DNA from: a bacterium
Lineage (GTDB): Bacteria > SZUA-182 > DTGQ01
Assembly (NCBI GenBank): GCA_040752695.1
Contig: JBFMGO010000010.1
Location: forward strand, 96 to 64,095
DNA: 64,000 nt
Direction of reading: 5' to 3'
Below, piece by piece: positions 9,769 to 19,357 of this stretch. Below the pieces are notes generated by a model, which worked only from the letters and a program-made list of their open reading frames with translations, was not told the origin of the DNA and searched no databases. A program made the translations under genes and the position numbers. Every line of letters begins with the position of its first letter. Position 1 is the first letter of the stretch.

Positions 9769-9896
9769 CTTTGCCGGACCTCTTCAACTCCAAGGGGAGG
9801 TTATTATTAGAAATTATTATTATATAAAGATGTTTTTTGTTATATAAGGTATTTTCTGGTAATCATCCTGCGGCCAACGGCCCAAAAGGGACTACC

Positions 9897-10520
9897 TTGC
9901 CCACTCGGCAACCAGATCCACCCACTCTTTCAGTGGCTTATAGAGCACGGCATGCCCCGTGCCAATCTTAAGCTCTACCTCTTTGTACCTGTTGATGCCT
10001 GTCGCTCCGTCAAAAAATTTCTGACAGGTGGTTCCAAAGGTATCATTTACATCGTAAATTGACAAGATATTCCCCTACAAATCTGAGGAGCACCGGCATC
10101 GAGTAAGGAATGGATTTGACCGACGATTTTAGCAGCATACTGCTCAGGATCCGTATCTTTTTTCCGCGCTTCACTGATTACGGTAAACCCTTTTTCCTCA
10201 AGTGCATCGAGTATTTCCTCATACTCATAGACGCCAAATTTCGGGTCCGTGGGACGTATTCCCCGATCCTCGATAATTTTACCATGCAGATAGAATAAAT
10301 ATCGCACTTCAGTGCTTATCACTTCGGGTATTTCTTTCCGTAAAGAGATCGGCCCATCACTTATTGTCCGTTGTGCGCATGCAGTCACTGATAACAGCAA
10401 AGTCAAGGTAAGCCAGCCTGCTGATCGTAGCATCGAACTATACGGTATCGAACAAGGCAGCAGCATCCGTTTTATGATCTGCATGATTATACCATCTTCT
10501 TTCCTGATTATCAGCTTCAA
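9897..10520 (-). pseudogene. lipoprotein, alpha/beta-hydrolase-like, apparently frameshifted near 10050
   Basis: The 157-aa ORF (10047-10520) has a signal peptide with lipobox 'SVTAC' and an 'LHG' block. It stops at 10047. The adjacent +1 frame (9897-10052) continues as 'VNDTFGTTCQKFFDGATGINRYKEVELKIGTGHAVLYKPLKEWVDLVAEWAR' with no start codon of its own. This is consistent with one gene split by a frameshift. Confidence 0.35.
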
Positions 10521-10544
10521 CTTATCAACCTCAGCTTGCCAGCC

Positions 10545-11921
10545 TTAACTTACCAGGCGCTTGAAACCGGAGTGACTGACCGGGCCTTTCAGCATCATGG
10601 GCACGCTTTTTTGCCGCATGGCTTCATGAATGATTCCGAAAACCTCCCGGCAGGCAACCCGATAGGCATCGATGTGCTCCTGCCTGTGGCTGTAGCTTAC
10701 CTTGAACTGGCACCAGGCCAGATAGCCCCGCTCCAGCATGAGCTGGGTGAAGAGGGTTCTCAGAGCCAGAGGATTTGAATTGAACTCCCCCCTGCCCCCT
10801 TCCTCCATCCTGTCCGTAATCTCCTCAGTAATCCCCTCAATCTCGAAATGGCCTAAGGTTGGCAGGCCGCTTACCCGGACCTTCAGGCCGGTTTCATCTG
10901 CCAGTTCACGCCATACGCCCTGTACCTGGCCGCCAATATGAATGAGGTGGCGGTCAACCTGGTGGTCGCGATACTTACGGATAGTGGCAAGAGCTGCCGA
11001 CGGGCCGATGCGTTCAGTCCAGTTCGTGCTGCTGATAAAGCTTTTCTGGGCTGCATCCATGACATCCCTTCGCCCCAGTATAGCAGCCATTGGATACCCA
11101 TTGCTCATGGACTTGGCAAAAACTGCCATATCCGGCTCGATCCCGTAGGTAAGGTGTATCCCTCCACAGCACATGCGAAACCCTGAGGTGATTTCGTCAA
11201 AGATCAAAACAGCCCCATGGCGCTTTGCCTGTGCCTGCACACTTTTGAGAAAATCCAAGGGTGCATCATGGCCGCGGGCTGGCTCCATGATAATGGCAGC
11301 CAGGCTCTGACCGTGCTCTGCCACAAGAGAGTCAAGGGCGTCATGGTCACCATAGGCGAAGGTCAGGCTTGAGCCTTTCAGTGCCCTGGGCACTCCGGCA
11401 GGGTCAAGACCGGGCAAAAGCTGCGCATCGAGGGCCGAAGTGTCTCCCAGATTTGCTGCCAGGTACCAGTCATGCCAGCCGTGGTAGCCGCAGATAGCGA
11501 CTTTATCCCTGCCCGTGGCAGCGCGGGCGATGCGAATGGCAACGGCTGCCGCCTCACCGCCGGAGCGGGCATAGCGCACCATACCGGCCCAGGGATGAAG
11601 GTCGCACAAAGTTTCAGCCAGCTCCACTTCCTCAGGGCAGTTGAGCGTACACTGAGAACCACAGTCAACCGCCCTGCGGACCGCAGCATCAACATCAGGG
11701 TCAGCATACCCGAGGATACAGGCACCAACACCCATGATGCTCATGTCGATGAACCTGTTGCCGTCAAGGTCCCAGGTCTCCACCCCTTTGGCCCTGGAAT
11801 AATAGGCAGGCCATTGATCAGGGAGAAACATCTCGGGCCTCTTCGAAAGCAATTGCGTTCCGCCAGGAATGAGCTTTTTGGCTCTTTTGTACAGATTTTG
11901 GCCTGTGTTCCTTGTCTCCAT
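10545..11921 (-). CDS. class-III PLP-dependent aminotransferase (glutamate-1-semialdehyde aminomutase-like)
   Basis: 458 aa. 'LIFDEITSGFR' and 'KSMSNGYP' are AT-III motifs (PLP lysine region). Overall GSA-aminomutase-like, as often seen in glycan and nonulosonic-acid loci. Confidence 0.8.
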   Translation of the reverse strand: METRNTGQNLYKRAKKLIPGGTQLLSKRPEMFLPDQWPAYYSRAKGVETWDLDGNRFIDMSIMGVGACILGYADPDVDAAVRRAVDCGSQCTLNCPEEVELAETLCDLHPWAGMVRYARSGGEAAAVAIRIARAATGRDKVAICGYHGWHDWYLAANLGDTSALDAQLLPGLDPAGVPRALKGSSLTFAYGDHDALDSLVAEHGQSLAAIIMEPARGHDAPLDFLKSVQAQAKRHGAVLIFDEITSGFRMCCGGIHLTYGIEPDMAVFAKSMSNGYPMAAILGRRDVMDAAQKSFISSTNWTERIGPSAALATIRKYRDHQVDRHLIHIGGQVQGVWRELADETGLKVRVSGLPTLGHFEIEGITEEITDRMEEGGRGEFNSNPLALRTLFTQLMLERGYLAWCQFKVSYSHRQEHIDAYRVACREVFGIIHEAMRQKSVPMMLKGPVSHSGFKRLVS

Positions 11922-12113
11922 AAAAGATCAGTAAGGATTATTTTTTGGGCTTAAGCTCTTCAACCAACCGATGGATAATTTCTTCCAGCTCTGCCTTAAG
12001 CTTTCATTCATTTTACAACACTCCGCGTTCATCCTCTGCGCTCATATTTAAGCCGTTGTTTTTCTATGAGTAGATTATATCATGAAATTACCACAATCAA
12101 AGAATTAAATGTA

Positions 12114-12911
12114 TTACGGAAGATTTCTCTCCTCCGCCAGCCAAAAAACCTCATACCCTTCACGCCCGATAAACCGGGCATTTTTTTGCATAACCAGAGG
12201 ATTATCTTTCAGATATCCAAGAATGTCCTCCAGCCCGAAACAGGGGTTCTTTGCATAGAGGCTGCCGTAGATGTCTCTTACCAGTTCAAGGTCTTCGGGG
12301 TTGTCAACGGTCCAGCGCATTGTAGAGTAATCTTCCTCGCTGGCCAGACACCCCAGCCGGAAGCGCTCGGGGTGCTTCCAGATGAAGGGAGTGACATGCT
12401 CGCGCTCAAGCGGGTCTTTGGCTTCCAGCCAGGCTCGCCTAAGGGCCTCAAAGCGAATCACCTCAGCGTCGAGTCCGTCGGGAAACCGGGGCTGGCGAAA
12501 CTCCCCGTGAGCCACGCCTGCTCCGGTGGCAAGGCCCAGGTGATCGAAATTCCCTGACTCGATAAACCAAAGCAGCAGCTTTCTCACCAGGTGCGGGTCA
12601 ACGAGTGGGCAGTCACCGGTTATGCGGATAACCGCTTCAGGGTTTTCATTTCTGGCTGCCCGATAGAAGCGGTCAAGCACATCGCTCTCGCTCCCCCGAA
12701 AGCAATCGATGCCTTCACCGAGGCAAAAATGAGCGATCCGGTTATCGGCCTTCCGGTCAGAGGTGGCCACGATCACCCTGGTGATTTCGGGTATGAACCC
12801 GATGCGGGCCACTATGTGCCAGAGCATGGGCTTATCCAGGATATCCTGGAGCACCTTGCCGGGAAGCCGTGTCGACCCCATACGGGCTTGAATAATGGCA
12901 ATCGTTTTCAT
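12114..12911 (-). CDS. pseF: acylneuraminate/pseudaminate cytidylyltransferase (SpsF/PseF family, CTP_transf_3)
   Basis: 265 aa. 'IAIIQARMGSTRLPGKVL' is the SpsF/PseF-type N-terminal nucleotide-binding motif. Confidence 0.75.
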   Translation of the reverse strand: MKTIAIIQARMGSTRLPGKVLQDILDKPMLWHIVARIGFIPEITRVIVATSDRKADNRIAHFCLGEGIDCFRGSESDVLDRFYRAARNENPEAVIRITGDCPLVDPHLVRKLLLWFIESGNFDHLGLATGAGVAHGEFRQPRFPDGLDAEVIRFEALRRAWLEAKDPLEREHVTPFIWKHPERFRLGCLASEEDYSTMRWTVDNPEDLELVRDIYGSLYAKNPCFGLEDILGYLKDNPLVMQKNARFIGREGYEVFWLAEERNLP

Positions 12912-12919
12912 AGTGTTTA

Positions 12920-12990
12920 GTATCTCAACATCTCAATATCTCAATATCTCAATATCTCAGCATCGTAATATCTCGATACCTCAACGTCTC
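12920..12990. repeat. degenerate 8-9 nt tandem repeat (atatctca)n followed by two GC hairpins
   Basis: 'atctcaacatctcaatatctcaatatctcaatatctcagcatcg...' is followed by 'gcgctcatagcgc' and 'gcgctctcagcgc' hairpins. Lies between the AKR stop and the pseF start. Confidence 0.6.
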
Positions 12991-13055
12991 AGTATTTCAC
13001 CGCGCTCATAGCGCTCACTGGAATGTCTCAGTATCTGGCTGCGCTCTCAGCGCGC

Positions 13056-14030
13056 TCACTGCGACCAGAGAGAAGGGTTGATTAATTTTTGTGAGATAGC
13101 AAGCTCAAGGGAGTCCCAGGCATCTATAATAGCCCCTTCCAGGCAGTTCCTGTTCCCCTCCGGTGCATTCCGGGCCAGCCTGTTTTGGGCAGCCACCTCG
13201 GCCAGATGGATATTTTCCATAATTTGCTCTTTGCTCTCGACCCCCATCACCAGAGGGGCGTCCTTGGTCCTTTGCCAGGCATAATCAAAGGCAAACTCTT
13301 TTCGGTCAAGGCCGTGCTCCCGGCAGAATGCATCGAGCCGGGCCAGCGGCTCTCTGGCAAAGGAAAGGTGCTTGGGCAATTTCTCAAAGGGGAGCAGGAT
13401 CAGACCCTGCAGGAAGATACTGCGTAAAAATACCTGCTTCCTGAGCTGATGGGCCAGATCAAGAACACCGGCGAAAATCAGTCTGCGGTCAAAGATATTG
13501 AACGGTGCCTGAATCAGGTCGATCTCATTAATAGCTAATGCATCCAGTGCTTCTTTCGGAGTGTAGACCGAAACCCCCAAAAAGGTCAAAAGATGCCTTT
13601 TTTTCAATTCGGCAAGGCCTTGGCCTAGCCCCTTATTCCATTCGCTGAGTAAGGAGGCACGATGAAGCATCAAACCGTACAGGGAATCAACCCCCAGTCT
13701 GCTGATAGAGGCCAGAACGCTCTTAAAAAGGCAGGAAGGGTCATGGCAGTTCAGATCAGGATGCAGTTTTGAAATGACCTTTACCTGGCTTTCGATTCCA
13801 AGAGACCGGAAACACCGGCCCAGAACGGCTTCACTTTCCCCGTAGGCCTGAGCGGTATCAAAGATCCTGATCCCGGCGCCGAACGCTGCCTGGATAATCC
13901 CGCAGGCATCCTCGGTCGAGGGCTGCCCCTTTTGATTTGCCACTCCATAGGGGAACCCGAGTTGGGCAGTGCCAAGGACGAGCCTAACGATCGGGGTTTC
14001 GTCTTCACGGGCGCTTTGCAATGTATTCAC
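13056..14030 (-). CDS. aldo/keto reductase
   Basis: 324 aa. 'LGTAQLGFPYG', 'IRIFDTAQAYGESE' and 'VSVYTPKEAL' are AKR family motifs. Confidence 0.75.
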   Translation of the reverse strand: MNTLQSAREDETPIVRLVLGTAQLGFPYGVANQKGQPSTEDACGIIQAAFGAGIRIFDTAQAYGESEAVLGRCFRSLGIESQVKVISKLHPDLNCHDPSCLFKSVLASISRLGVDSLYGLMLHRASLLSEWNKGLGQGLAELKKRHLLTFLGVSVYTPKEALDALAINEIDLIQAPFNIFDRRLIFAGVLDLAHQLRKQVFLRSIFLQGLILLPFEKLPKHLSFAREPLARLDAFCREHGLDRKEFAFDYAWQRTKDAPLVMGVESKEQIMENIHLAEVAAQNRLARNAPEGNRNCLEGAIIDAWDSLELAISQKLINPSLWSQ

Positions 14031-15031
14031 CGTCTGGCACCAGGGTATTCATCTTCGGGAATCCGGCTTTCCCTGCTCTTTACCCATTCCTTTCGCACAC
14101 TCTTGAGCGGCCTTAAACCGTCGGATGGATCTCTTCTCCAATTGCGGTCTGCCAGCTCTGCCTGAACCGGCTCCTTTTTCCCTGTGCCGTCTGCCCGAAA
14201 GCCATCCTTAACCTGGTCAATCACGGTTTTGATCTTTTCGGGAAGCCAGCAATGGCCAGAGGCAAATTCCTCTCCCGTGCCGTCGATATCGAGGTGAAAT
14301 TCGACCATATCGACCCCCCAGCGATGAATGGCGCGATACAACACTCCCGGATTGACGCTGTGATCGGACCAGCCCACGCGGACCTTCATCGTTTGCGATC
14401 CAACACCTGCCCCGGTTCCCGCATCGATCTCCTGCCCACCTTCCCCTGCAATCTGCCTGCGAAGCGTTTCTACGGCTGCCAGGTTGCACTCTGAAACCGG
14501 CGCAGGATAGCCGGAAATGCAGTGAAGCATGGTCAGGTCCCGACACCCCGAACGCCACAGAACATCTACGGCCTGCCTGATCTCGTCAACCGTGGCCATG
14601 CCTGTCGAGAGCACAACCGGCTTTCCGGTCCTGGCACAGGCGGTGAGCAGATCATTCCACAATAGTTCATAAGAGGCGATCTTATAAAAATCGACATAGG
14701 GGAAAAGCTCATCGACTGCCTCCAGATAAAAGGGGGTGCAGGAAAATTGAATTCCCCTTTCCTGACACCTGAGTTTAAGATGCGGAATAAAGTCAAAGGG
14801 GATTTCCCAGAGCTTCCTGGCTCTGTGTGTCGGGCTCCGGGTGAGAATTTCAGGGGCAAAGAGTTCCTCGATCTTGAAAAGTTGAAACTTAACCGCATTG
14901 CATCCGATTTGGGCTGCCAGATCGACAAATTGAAGACACCGTGGCAAATCTCGATGGTGATTGCTTGAAACCTCAGCTACAAATTCAGGAAATACACATT
15001 CTGCAGGGAGTACGCATTCAGTTCGATTCAT
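14027..15031 (-). CDS. pseI: pseudaminic acid synthase (NeuB family)
   Basis: 'AEVSSNHHRDL...NAVKFQLFK...PVVLSTGMATVDEI...WSDHS' are NeuB/PseI sialic-acid-synthase motifs. The ORF-track start (15073) overlaps pseC; the likely start is M at about 15031. The C-terminal tail is extended. Confidence 0.8.
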   Translation of the reverse strand: MNRTECVLPAECVFPEFVAEVSSNHHRDLPRCLQFVDLAAQIGCNAVKFQLFKIEELFAPEILTRSPTHRARKLWEIPFDFIPHLKLRCQERGIQFSCTPFYLEAVDELFPYVDFYKIASYELLWNDLLTACARTGKPVVLSTGMATVDEIRQAVDVLWRSGCRDLTMLHCISGYPAPVSECNLAAVETLRRQIAGEGGQEIDAGTGAGVGSQTMKVRVGWSDHSVNPGVLYRAIHRWGVDMVEFHLDIDGTGEEFASGHCWLPEKIKTVIDQVKDGFRADGTGKKEPVQAELADRNWRRDPSDGLRPLKSVRKEWVKSRESRIPEDEYPGARR

Positions 15032-16250
15032 AAAAGCTTTTGACCGTTTCAATAACGTAATCTTGCATCTCATTCGTTAGAGCAGGGTACAGGGGTAAGA
15101 TCAAGGACTTCTCGAAGTAGTTTTCCGCCTTTGGGAAATCCCCTCTTCTATATCCAAAACGTCTTTGATAATAGGGCTGAAGGTGAACAGGAATATACAT
15201 GGCATGAGCACCTATGCCCCTTGTGCGAAGATACATCAGCAATTCGTCCCTCGCCTCTGCCTGAGCCGCATAAAGATGCCAGCAGGAGCAGGCACTTTTC
15301 CGCTCAACCGGCAGGGTAAGTCCCTCGATACAGGCTAACTGCTCCTGGTAGCGGGTCCAGATTTCCCGCCTGCGCCTGATAAAAAGCGGCAGGCGCTTAA
15401 GCTGAACCAGGCCGAGGCTGCACTGAATATCGGTTATCCGGTAATTGAATCCCAACTCCTGCATTTCATAATACCAGGGGGGGAAAGAGCTTTGAGCAGT
15501 AAACGGGGAACTTTGATTTTGACCGGTACAGGGTGAACACTGATTTCGGGAAAGAGAAGCGAAGTCCAGGTTAAGAAATTCAGCAGAGTTCTTGGTAATT
15601 CCATGATTAGAAAGACGACGACAGGTACGGGCAATCTCAGGATCATTGGTGAGGATTATCCCCCCCTCGGCAGTGGTGATCGTCTTGACCGGATGAAAAC
15701 TCAGAATGGTCATATGGGAATGCGAACAGGAGCCGACTTGATGCCATTCGCCTCTTTTGTCCTGCCACTTTGAACCCAGGGCATGAGCCGCATCTTCGAT
15801 AACGATTAAATCCTTTCCTTTAGCCATCTCCCAGATGCTTTCCATATCACAGGGCTGACCAGCGAAGTGAACAGGGATGATGGCCCTGGTCCTGGGAGTA
15901 ATGCGCTCTTTGAGCTCCTTTGGATCGAGGCAATACGTGTCTGCCTGAATATCGGCAAACTTTGGTATCGCATTGCTGTAAATCAGGCAATTGGCTGAAG
16001 CTAAAAAGGTATTCGGTGAGGTGATCCCTTCATCGGCATGGCCAAGCTTTGCAGCCAGAGCTGCAATGTGCAGGGCAGCGGTTCCACTTGAGACCGCAAC
16101 AGCGTACTTGCTTCCGCAGATATTGCAGAGGTTCTCTTCAAATTCCTCGATCTTCGGCCCCTGCGTAAGGTAATTCCCCTTCAGAGTCCTGACTATAGCC
16201 TCAATTTCTTCTTCATCGAGCCATTGATGGCTGTAAGGAATCATATTCAT
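15018..16250 (-). CDS. pseC: UDP-4-amino-4,6-dideoxy-N-acetyl-beta-L-altrosamine transaminase (DegT/DnrJ/EryC1 family)
   Basis: 'IPYSHQWLDEEEIEAIVRTLKGNYLTQGPKIEEFE', 'SFHPVKTIT' (PLP lysine) and 'GFNYRITDIQ' are DegT motifs. The likely start is MNMIPYS (about 16250), not the ORF-track 16376. Carries a roughly 34-aa low-complexity insertion before 'WYYE'. Confidence 0.8.
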   Translation of the reverse strand: MNMIPYSHQWLDEEEIEAIVRTLKGNYLTQGPKIEEFEENLCNICGSKYAVAVSSGTAALHIAALAAKLGHADEGITSPNTFLASANCLIYSNAIPKFADIQADTYCLDPKELKERITPRTRAIIPVHFAGQPCDMESIWEMAKGKDLIVIEDAAHALGSKWQDKRGEWHQVGSCSHSHMTILSFHPVKTITTAEGGIILTNDPEIARTCRRLSNHGITKNSAEFLNLDFASLSRNQCSPCTGQNQSSPFTAQSSFPPWYYEMQELGFNYRITDIQCSLGLVQLKRLPLFIRRRREIWTRYQEQLACIEGLTLPVERKSACSCWHLYAAQAEARDELLMYLRTRGIGAHAMYIPVHLQPYYQRRFGYRRGDFPKAENYFEKSLILPLYPALTNEMQDYVIETVKSFYESN

Positions 16251-17265
16251 ATCGGTACTCCGGATGCTCTTCGGTAAGGTGCACCACATATTCGTGGAGT
16301 TGATTGACGGACAGCCACTCGGTATTGGTATCGCTTCTGTAGCTGAATCCAGGCGGGCATGGTCGCCCTTCATCATTCCCGTTGCGGCCGTTATTTCCGT
16401 TGTGGTTGTTCCACCCGATTACAAAGTATCTATCGTATTCCCTGGTAATACGGCTGTCATTCTCATCGATCATGATTTCATGCAACTTCTCCCCGGGCCG
16501 AATGCCAATAGAGCGAAAGGCACATTCAGGGGCGATGGCCCTGGCCAGATCGACGAGCTTCATGCTGGGGATTTTGGGAATGAAGACCTCATTGCCCCGC
16601 ATTTTCTCAAGGCAATCCAGGACAAAGTCCACACCCTGCTCAAGCGTGATCCAAAAGCGGGTCATCCGCTCATCGGTAATCGTTAAAACCCCGCTCTTTC
16701 TTTGTTTCAGGAAGATAGGAATGACCGATCCCCGGCTGCCGATGACATTTCCATAGCGGACGACGGCAAATTTAATATCTTGAGATCCTGCATAGGATTT
16801 GGCTGCCGTAAATATCTTGTCAGAACAGAGTTTGGTGGCCCCGTAGAGGTTGATAGGATCACAGGCCTTATCCGTGCTGAGGGCAATTACTTTTTTGACC
16901 CCTGTGTTGATAGCTGCGGTAACAACGTTCATTGCACCGATGACATTGGTTTTGATCGCTTCCATGGGATTGTATTCACATGAGGGGACCTGCTTGAGAG
17001 CCGCTGCATGAATCACAATCTCAACCTCCCGAAAGGCATGCAGGAGCCTTTGCTGATCGCGGACGTCACCGACCAGGTACCGCATCGGAGACCTGTTCTT
17101 TAGGGTATCGTCCGGGAATTTCTGCCGCATCTCGTACTGTTTGAGCTCATCGCGGCTGAAAACGATCAGTTTCTTGGGCCTGTAGCGGGCAAGGACAGTC
17201 TTACAGAACTGGTGCCCAAAGGAGCCGGTACCGCCGGTAATCAGAATTACTTTGCCATTCAACAT
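16213..17265 (-). CDS. pseB: UDP-N-acetylglucosamine 4,6-dehydratase (inverting), with C-terminal extension
   Basis: 350 aa. 'ILITGGTGSFG', 'YGATKLCSDK' (YxxxK) and 'RYGNVIGSRGSVIP' match PseB/FlaA1/CapD. First gene of the operon. The approximately 60-aa Asn/Gly-rich C-terminal tail is unusual. Confidence 0.85.
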   Translation of the reverse strand: MLNGKVILITGGTGSFGHQFCKTVLARYRPKKLIVFSRDELKQYEMRQKFPDDTLKNRSPMRYLVGDVRDQQRLLHAFREVEIVIHAAALKQVPSCEYNPMEAIKTNVIGAMNVVTAAINTGVKKVIALSTDKACDPINLYGATKLCSDKIFTAAKSYAGSQDIKFAVVRYGNVIGSRGSVIPIFLKQRKSGVLTITDERMTRFWITLEQGVDFVLDCLEKMRGNEVFIPKIPSMKLVDLARAIAPECAFRSIGIRPGEKLHEIMIDENDSRITREYDRYFVIGWNNHNGNNGRNGNDEGRPCPPGFSYRSDTNTEWLSVNQLHEYVVHLTEEHPEYRYEYDSLQPSMAR

Positions 17266-17822
17266 CTTACATCTCCTCGAGATTTAAGGGTGTGGCATTT
17301 TCAAAATTTGGCTCGGTACTCAGTAAGAGCTTATATTCGCGCAAAGATCGATTGCATTCGCGAAAGAGACGGTTGCATATGCAAGGGGACAAAAGGAAAC
17401 CGAAAGAGAAAAGGTGCCGGGGAGCTCATTCTCATAACACTTTTCAGCTATCATCATTTGGATAGGATAAGAAGCAACTTCCGTGCCATCAAGGTCCCCT
17501 GCCAGGATAATAATTAGTAACATATTGTTTATAAATTGATAAGATAAGTTTGTATAAGATAAGCCCAGGAATAAAGAAACCATTTTTATGTAAAAAACGC
17601 TCTTCTTTAGTGCAAATTTTCTGCTTTGGCTGAGGATATTCCTTTCAACTGCCTGAATAAAGTGCATACAGATCTGAGCCTGCGGAGCCGGAGATTAGCC
17701 AGTAAACAGAGTTGCCAGTTGCAGGCTGACGGCCGATGTGATAAATTTAAGCCGAACTGCCGAAAATCTTTTAAGGCATTGAATATATACCGGTGGACTC
17801 ACACAGCGAAAGAGGGGGAACC

Positions 17823-19202
17823 ATGGTTGAAATCAATACCAACCGATTGCATAATTTTGTCGCTGCCTCGCGCAGGCGGTTTGAACATTATCTTGGGCAG
17901 ATGGTCGAGATCCCCACGGTAAGCACAGATCCTGCCTGTCAGTATGATATCCAAAGAGGAGCCCGGCTGGCTGTGGAGCATCTGACCGAAATGGGAGCCA
18001 GGGCCGAAATCGTCAGGACCGCCGGATACCCCATGGTTTTAGGCCATTTTGACGTCCAGAAAGATGCACCTACCATTGCCGTCTATCATCATCTGGACGT
18101 TCAGCCTGCCACACCCTCTTCGATGTGGATACATCCGCCATTTAAGTTTACGGTCACGATGGATGGACACTACCTCGGCAGGGGCACGACCGACAATAAG
18201 GGCCCGGCCCTCACTGCCCTTTTTGCGGCCAAATTCGCCCTTGAGGAGCATATCCCGATTAATATTAAATTCATATGGGAAATGGAGGAGGAAATCGGCA
18301 GCCCGAATTTTGAAGCGGCCATAAGATCGCGGAAGGAGGAAATTCATCCCGACTCGATCCTGGTCCAGGACAATGCCTGGATCAATAGAAACAAACCTGC
18401 CATTACCTATGGGATCAGGGGGCTTATGACCGCCATTATGAAGCTGACCACTGCCGAACGGGATGCTCACTCCGGCCTGGTGGGAGGCGCGGCCAGAAAC
18501 CCTGTTGCCGAACTGTGCCAGGTCATCAGCCAGTGCTTTGATCCCATGACCGGCAGGATCAAAATCAGGGGGTTCTACGACAAGGTGCGAAAACCGAGTC
18601 TGGAAGAGCTCAGGGAGTTTGCCTACTCCGAGTTCAGTGTTTCCGGCTTCAAAAAGGCGCACGGCCTCAGACTGCTTCGCACCGAGAATGCCGGCAAGAT
18701 CTTGCAGGCTACCTGGTGTGAGCCCACCTTCGAGGTCCATGGCCTGGTGGGCGGCTATCCGGGCAGCGAGCTTGTGGCAGTTGTCCCCTCAATGGCCGAG
18801 GCCAAAATCAGCACCAGACTGGTGCCGGATCAATCCCCGGCTGAGATTTTCCAACTCGTGAAGAACCATGTCAAAGAGATAAATCCGGATGTGGTGGTGG
18901 AGTTGGACAGCACCCTTGAGCCTTATCTGACCGAGTTTTCCGGCCCTCATGCCCAGGCTGCAAAAGATGCGGTTCTCCACGGATTCGGCTTACGGCCTGT
19001 CTTTATCCGGGAGGGGCTTTCCATTGGCAGTGTGGCCAGTATGAAAAATCTCTGGGATGTGCCCATTGTTTTGCTCGGTTTCAGTCTGCCTGAGCATGGT
19101 TATCATGCGCCGAATGAATGCTTCGACTGGTCTCAGACCTCGGGGGGAATCAGAACCCTGGCCTACTATTTTCACAGGATCAGTCAGATAGGACGTGGAT
19201 AA
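17823..19202 (+). CDS. M20 family metallo-peptidase/dipeptidase
   Basis: 'HLDVQPA...GRGTTDNKGP...WEMEEEIGSPNF' covers the M20 metal-binding and catalytic motifs. The likely start is MVEIN (17823), preceded by 'agaggggga'. Confidence 0.8.
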   Translation: MVEINTNRLHNFVAASRRRFEHYLGQMVEIPTVSTDPACQYDIQRGARLAVEHLTEMGARAEIVRTAGYPMVLGHFDVQKDAPTIAVYHHLDVQPATPSSMWIHPPFKFTVTMDGHYLGRGTTDNKGPALTALFAAKFALEEHIPINIKFIWEMEEEIGSPNFEAAIRSRKEEIHPDSILVQDNAWINRNKPAITYGIRGLMTAIMKLTTAERDAHSGLVGGAARNPVAELCQVISQCFDPMTGRIKIRGFYDKVRKPSLEELREFAYSEFSVSGFKKAHGLRLLRTENAGKILQATWCEPTFEVHGLVGGYPGSELVAVVPSMAEAKISTRLVPDQSPAEIFQLVKNHVKEINPDVVVELDSTLEPYLTEFSGPHAQAAKDAVLHGFGLRPVFIREGLSIGSVASMKNLWDVPIVLLGFSLPEHGYHAPNECFDWSQTSGGIRTLAYYFHRISQIGRG

Positions 19203-19261
19203 GATAAAAAGCGGCCTCTTAACCGATCCAGCCCAATTAGTGAGGTATGTTAAAATCCCCC

Positions 19262-19284
19262 CTCCCCCTTTACAAAAGGGGGAG
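19262..19284 (+). terminator. G/C-rich hairpin between the tandem M20 genes (terminator/attenuator candidate)
   Basis: 'ctccccctt-tacaa-aagggggag' is a perfect 9-bp stem 60 nt after the first M20 stop. A related 'cccatccccctttagagaagggtgg' follows. Confidence 0.4.
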
Positions 19285-19357
19285 GAAAGAGGCGTGTTCC
19301 CACCCCCATCCCCCTTTAGAGAAGGGTGGAGAAGGAGAACTATCCAAGGAGAAGACT

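Noticed and set aside
17320-17667. 115-aa ORF in the pseB/M20 divergent promoter region.
   Set aside because: AT-rich, no RBS, hydrophobic low-complexity translation. Likely non-coding promoter DNA.
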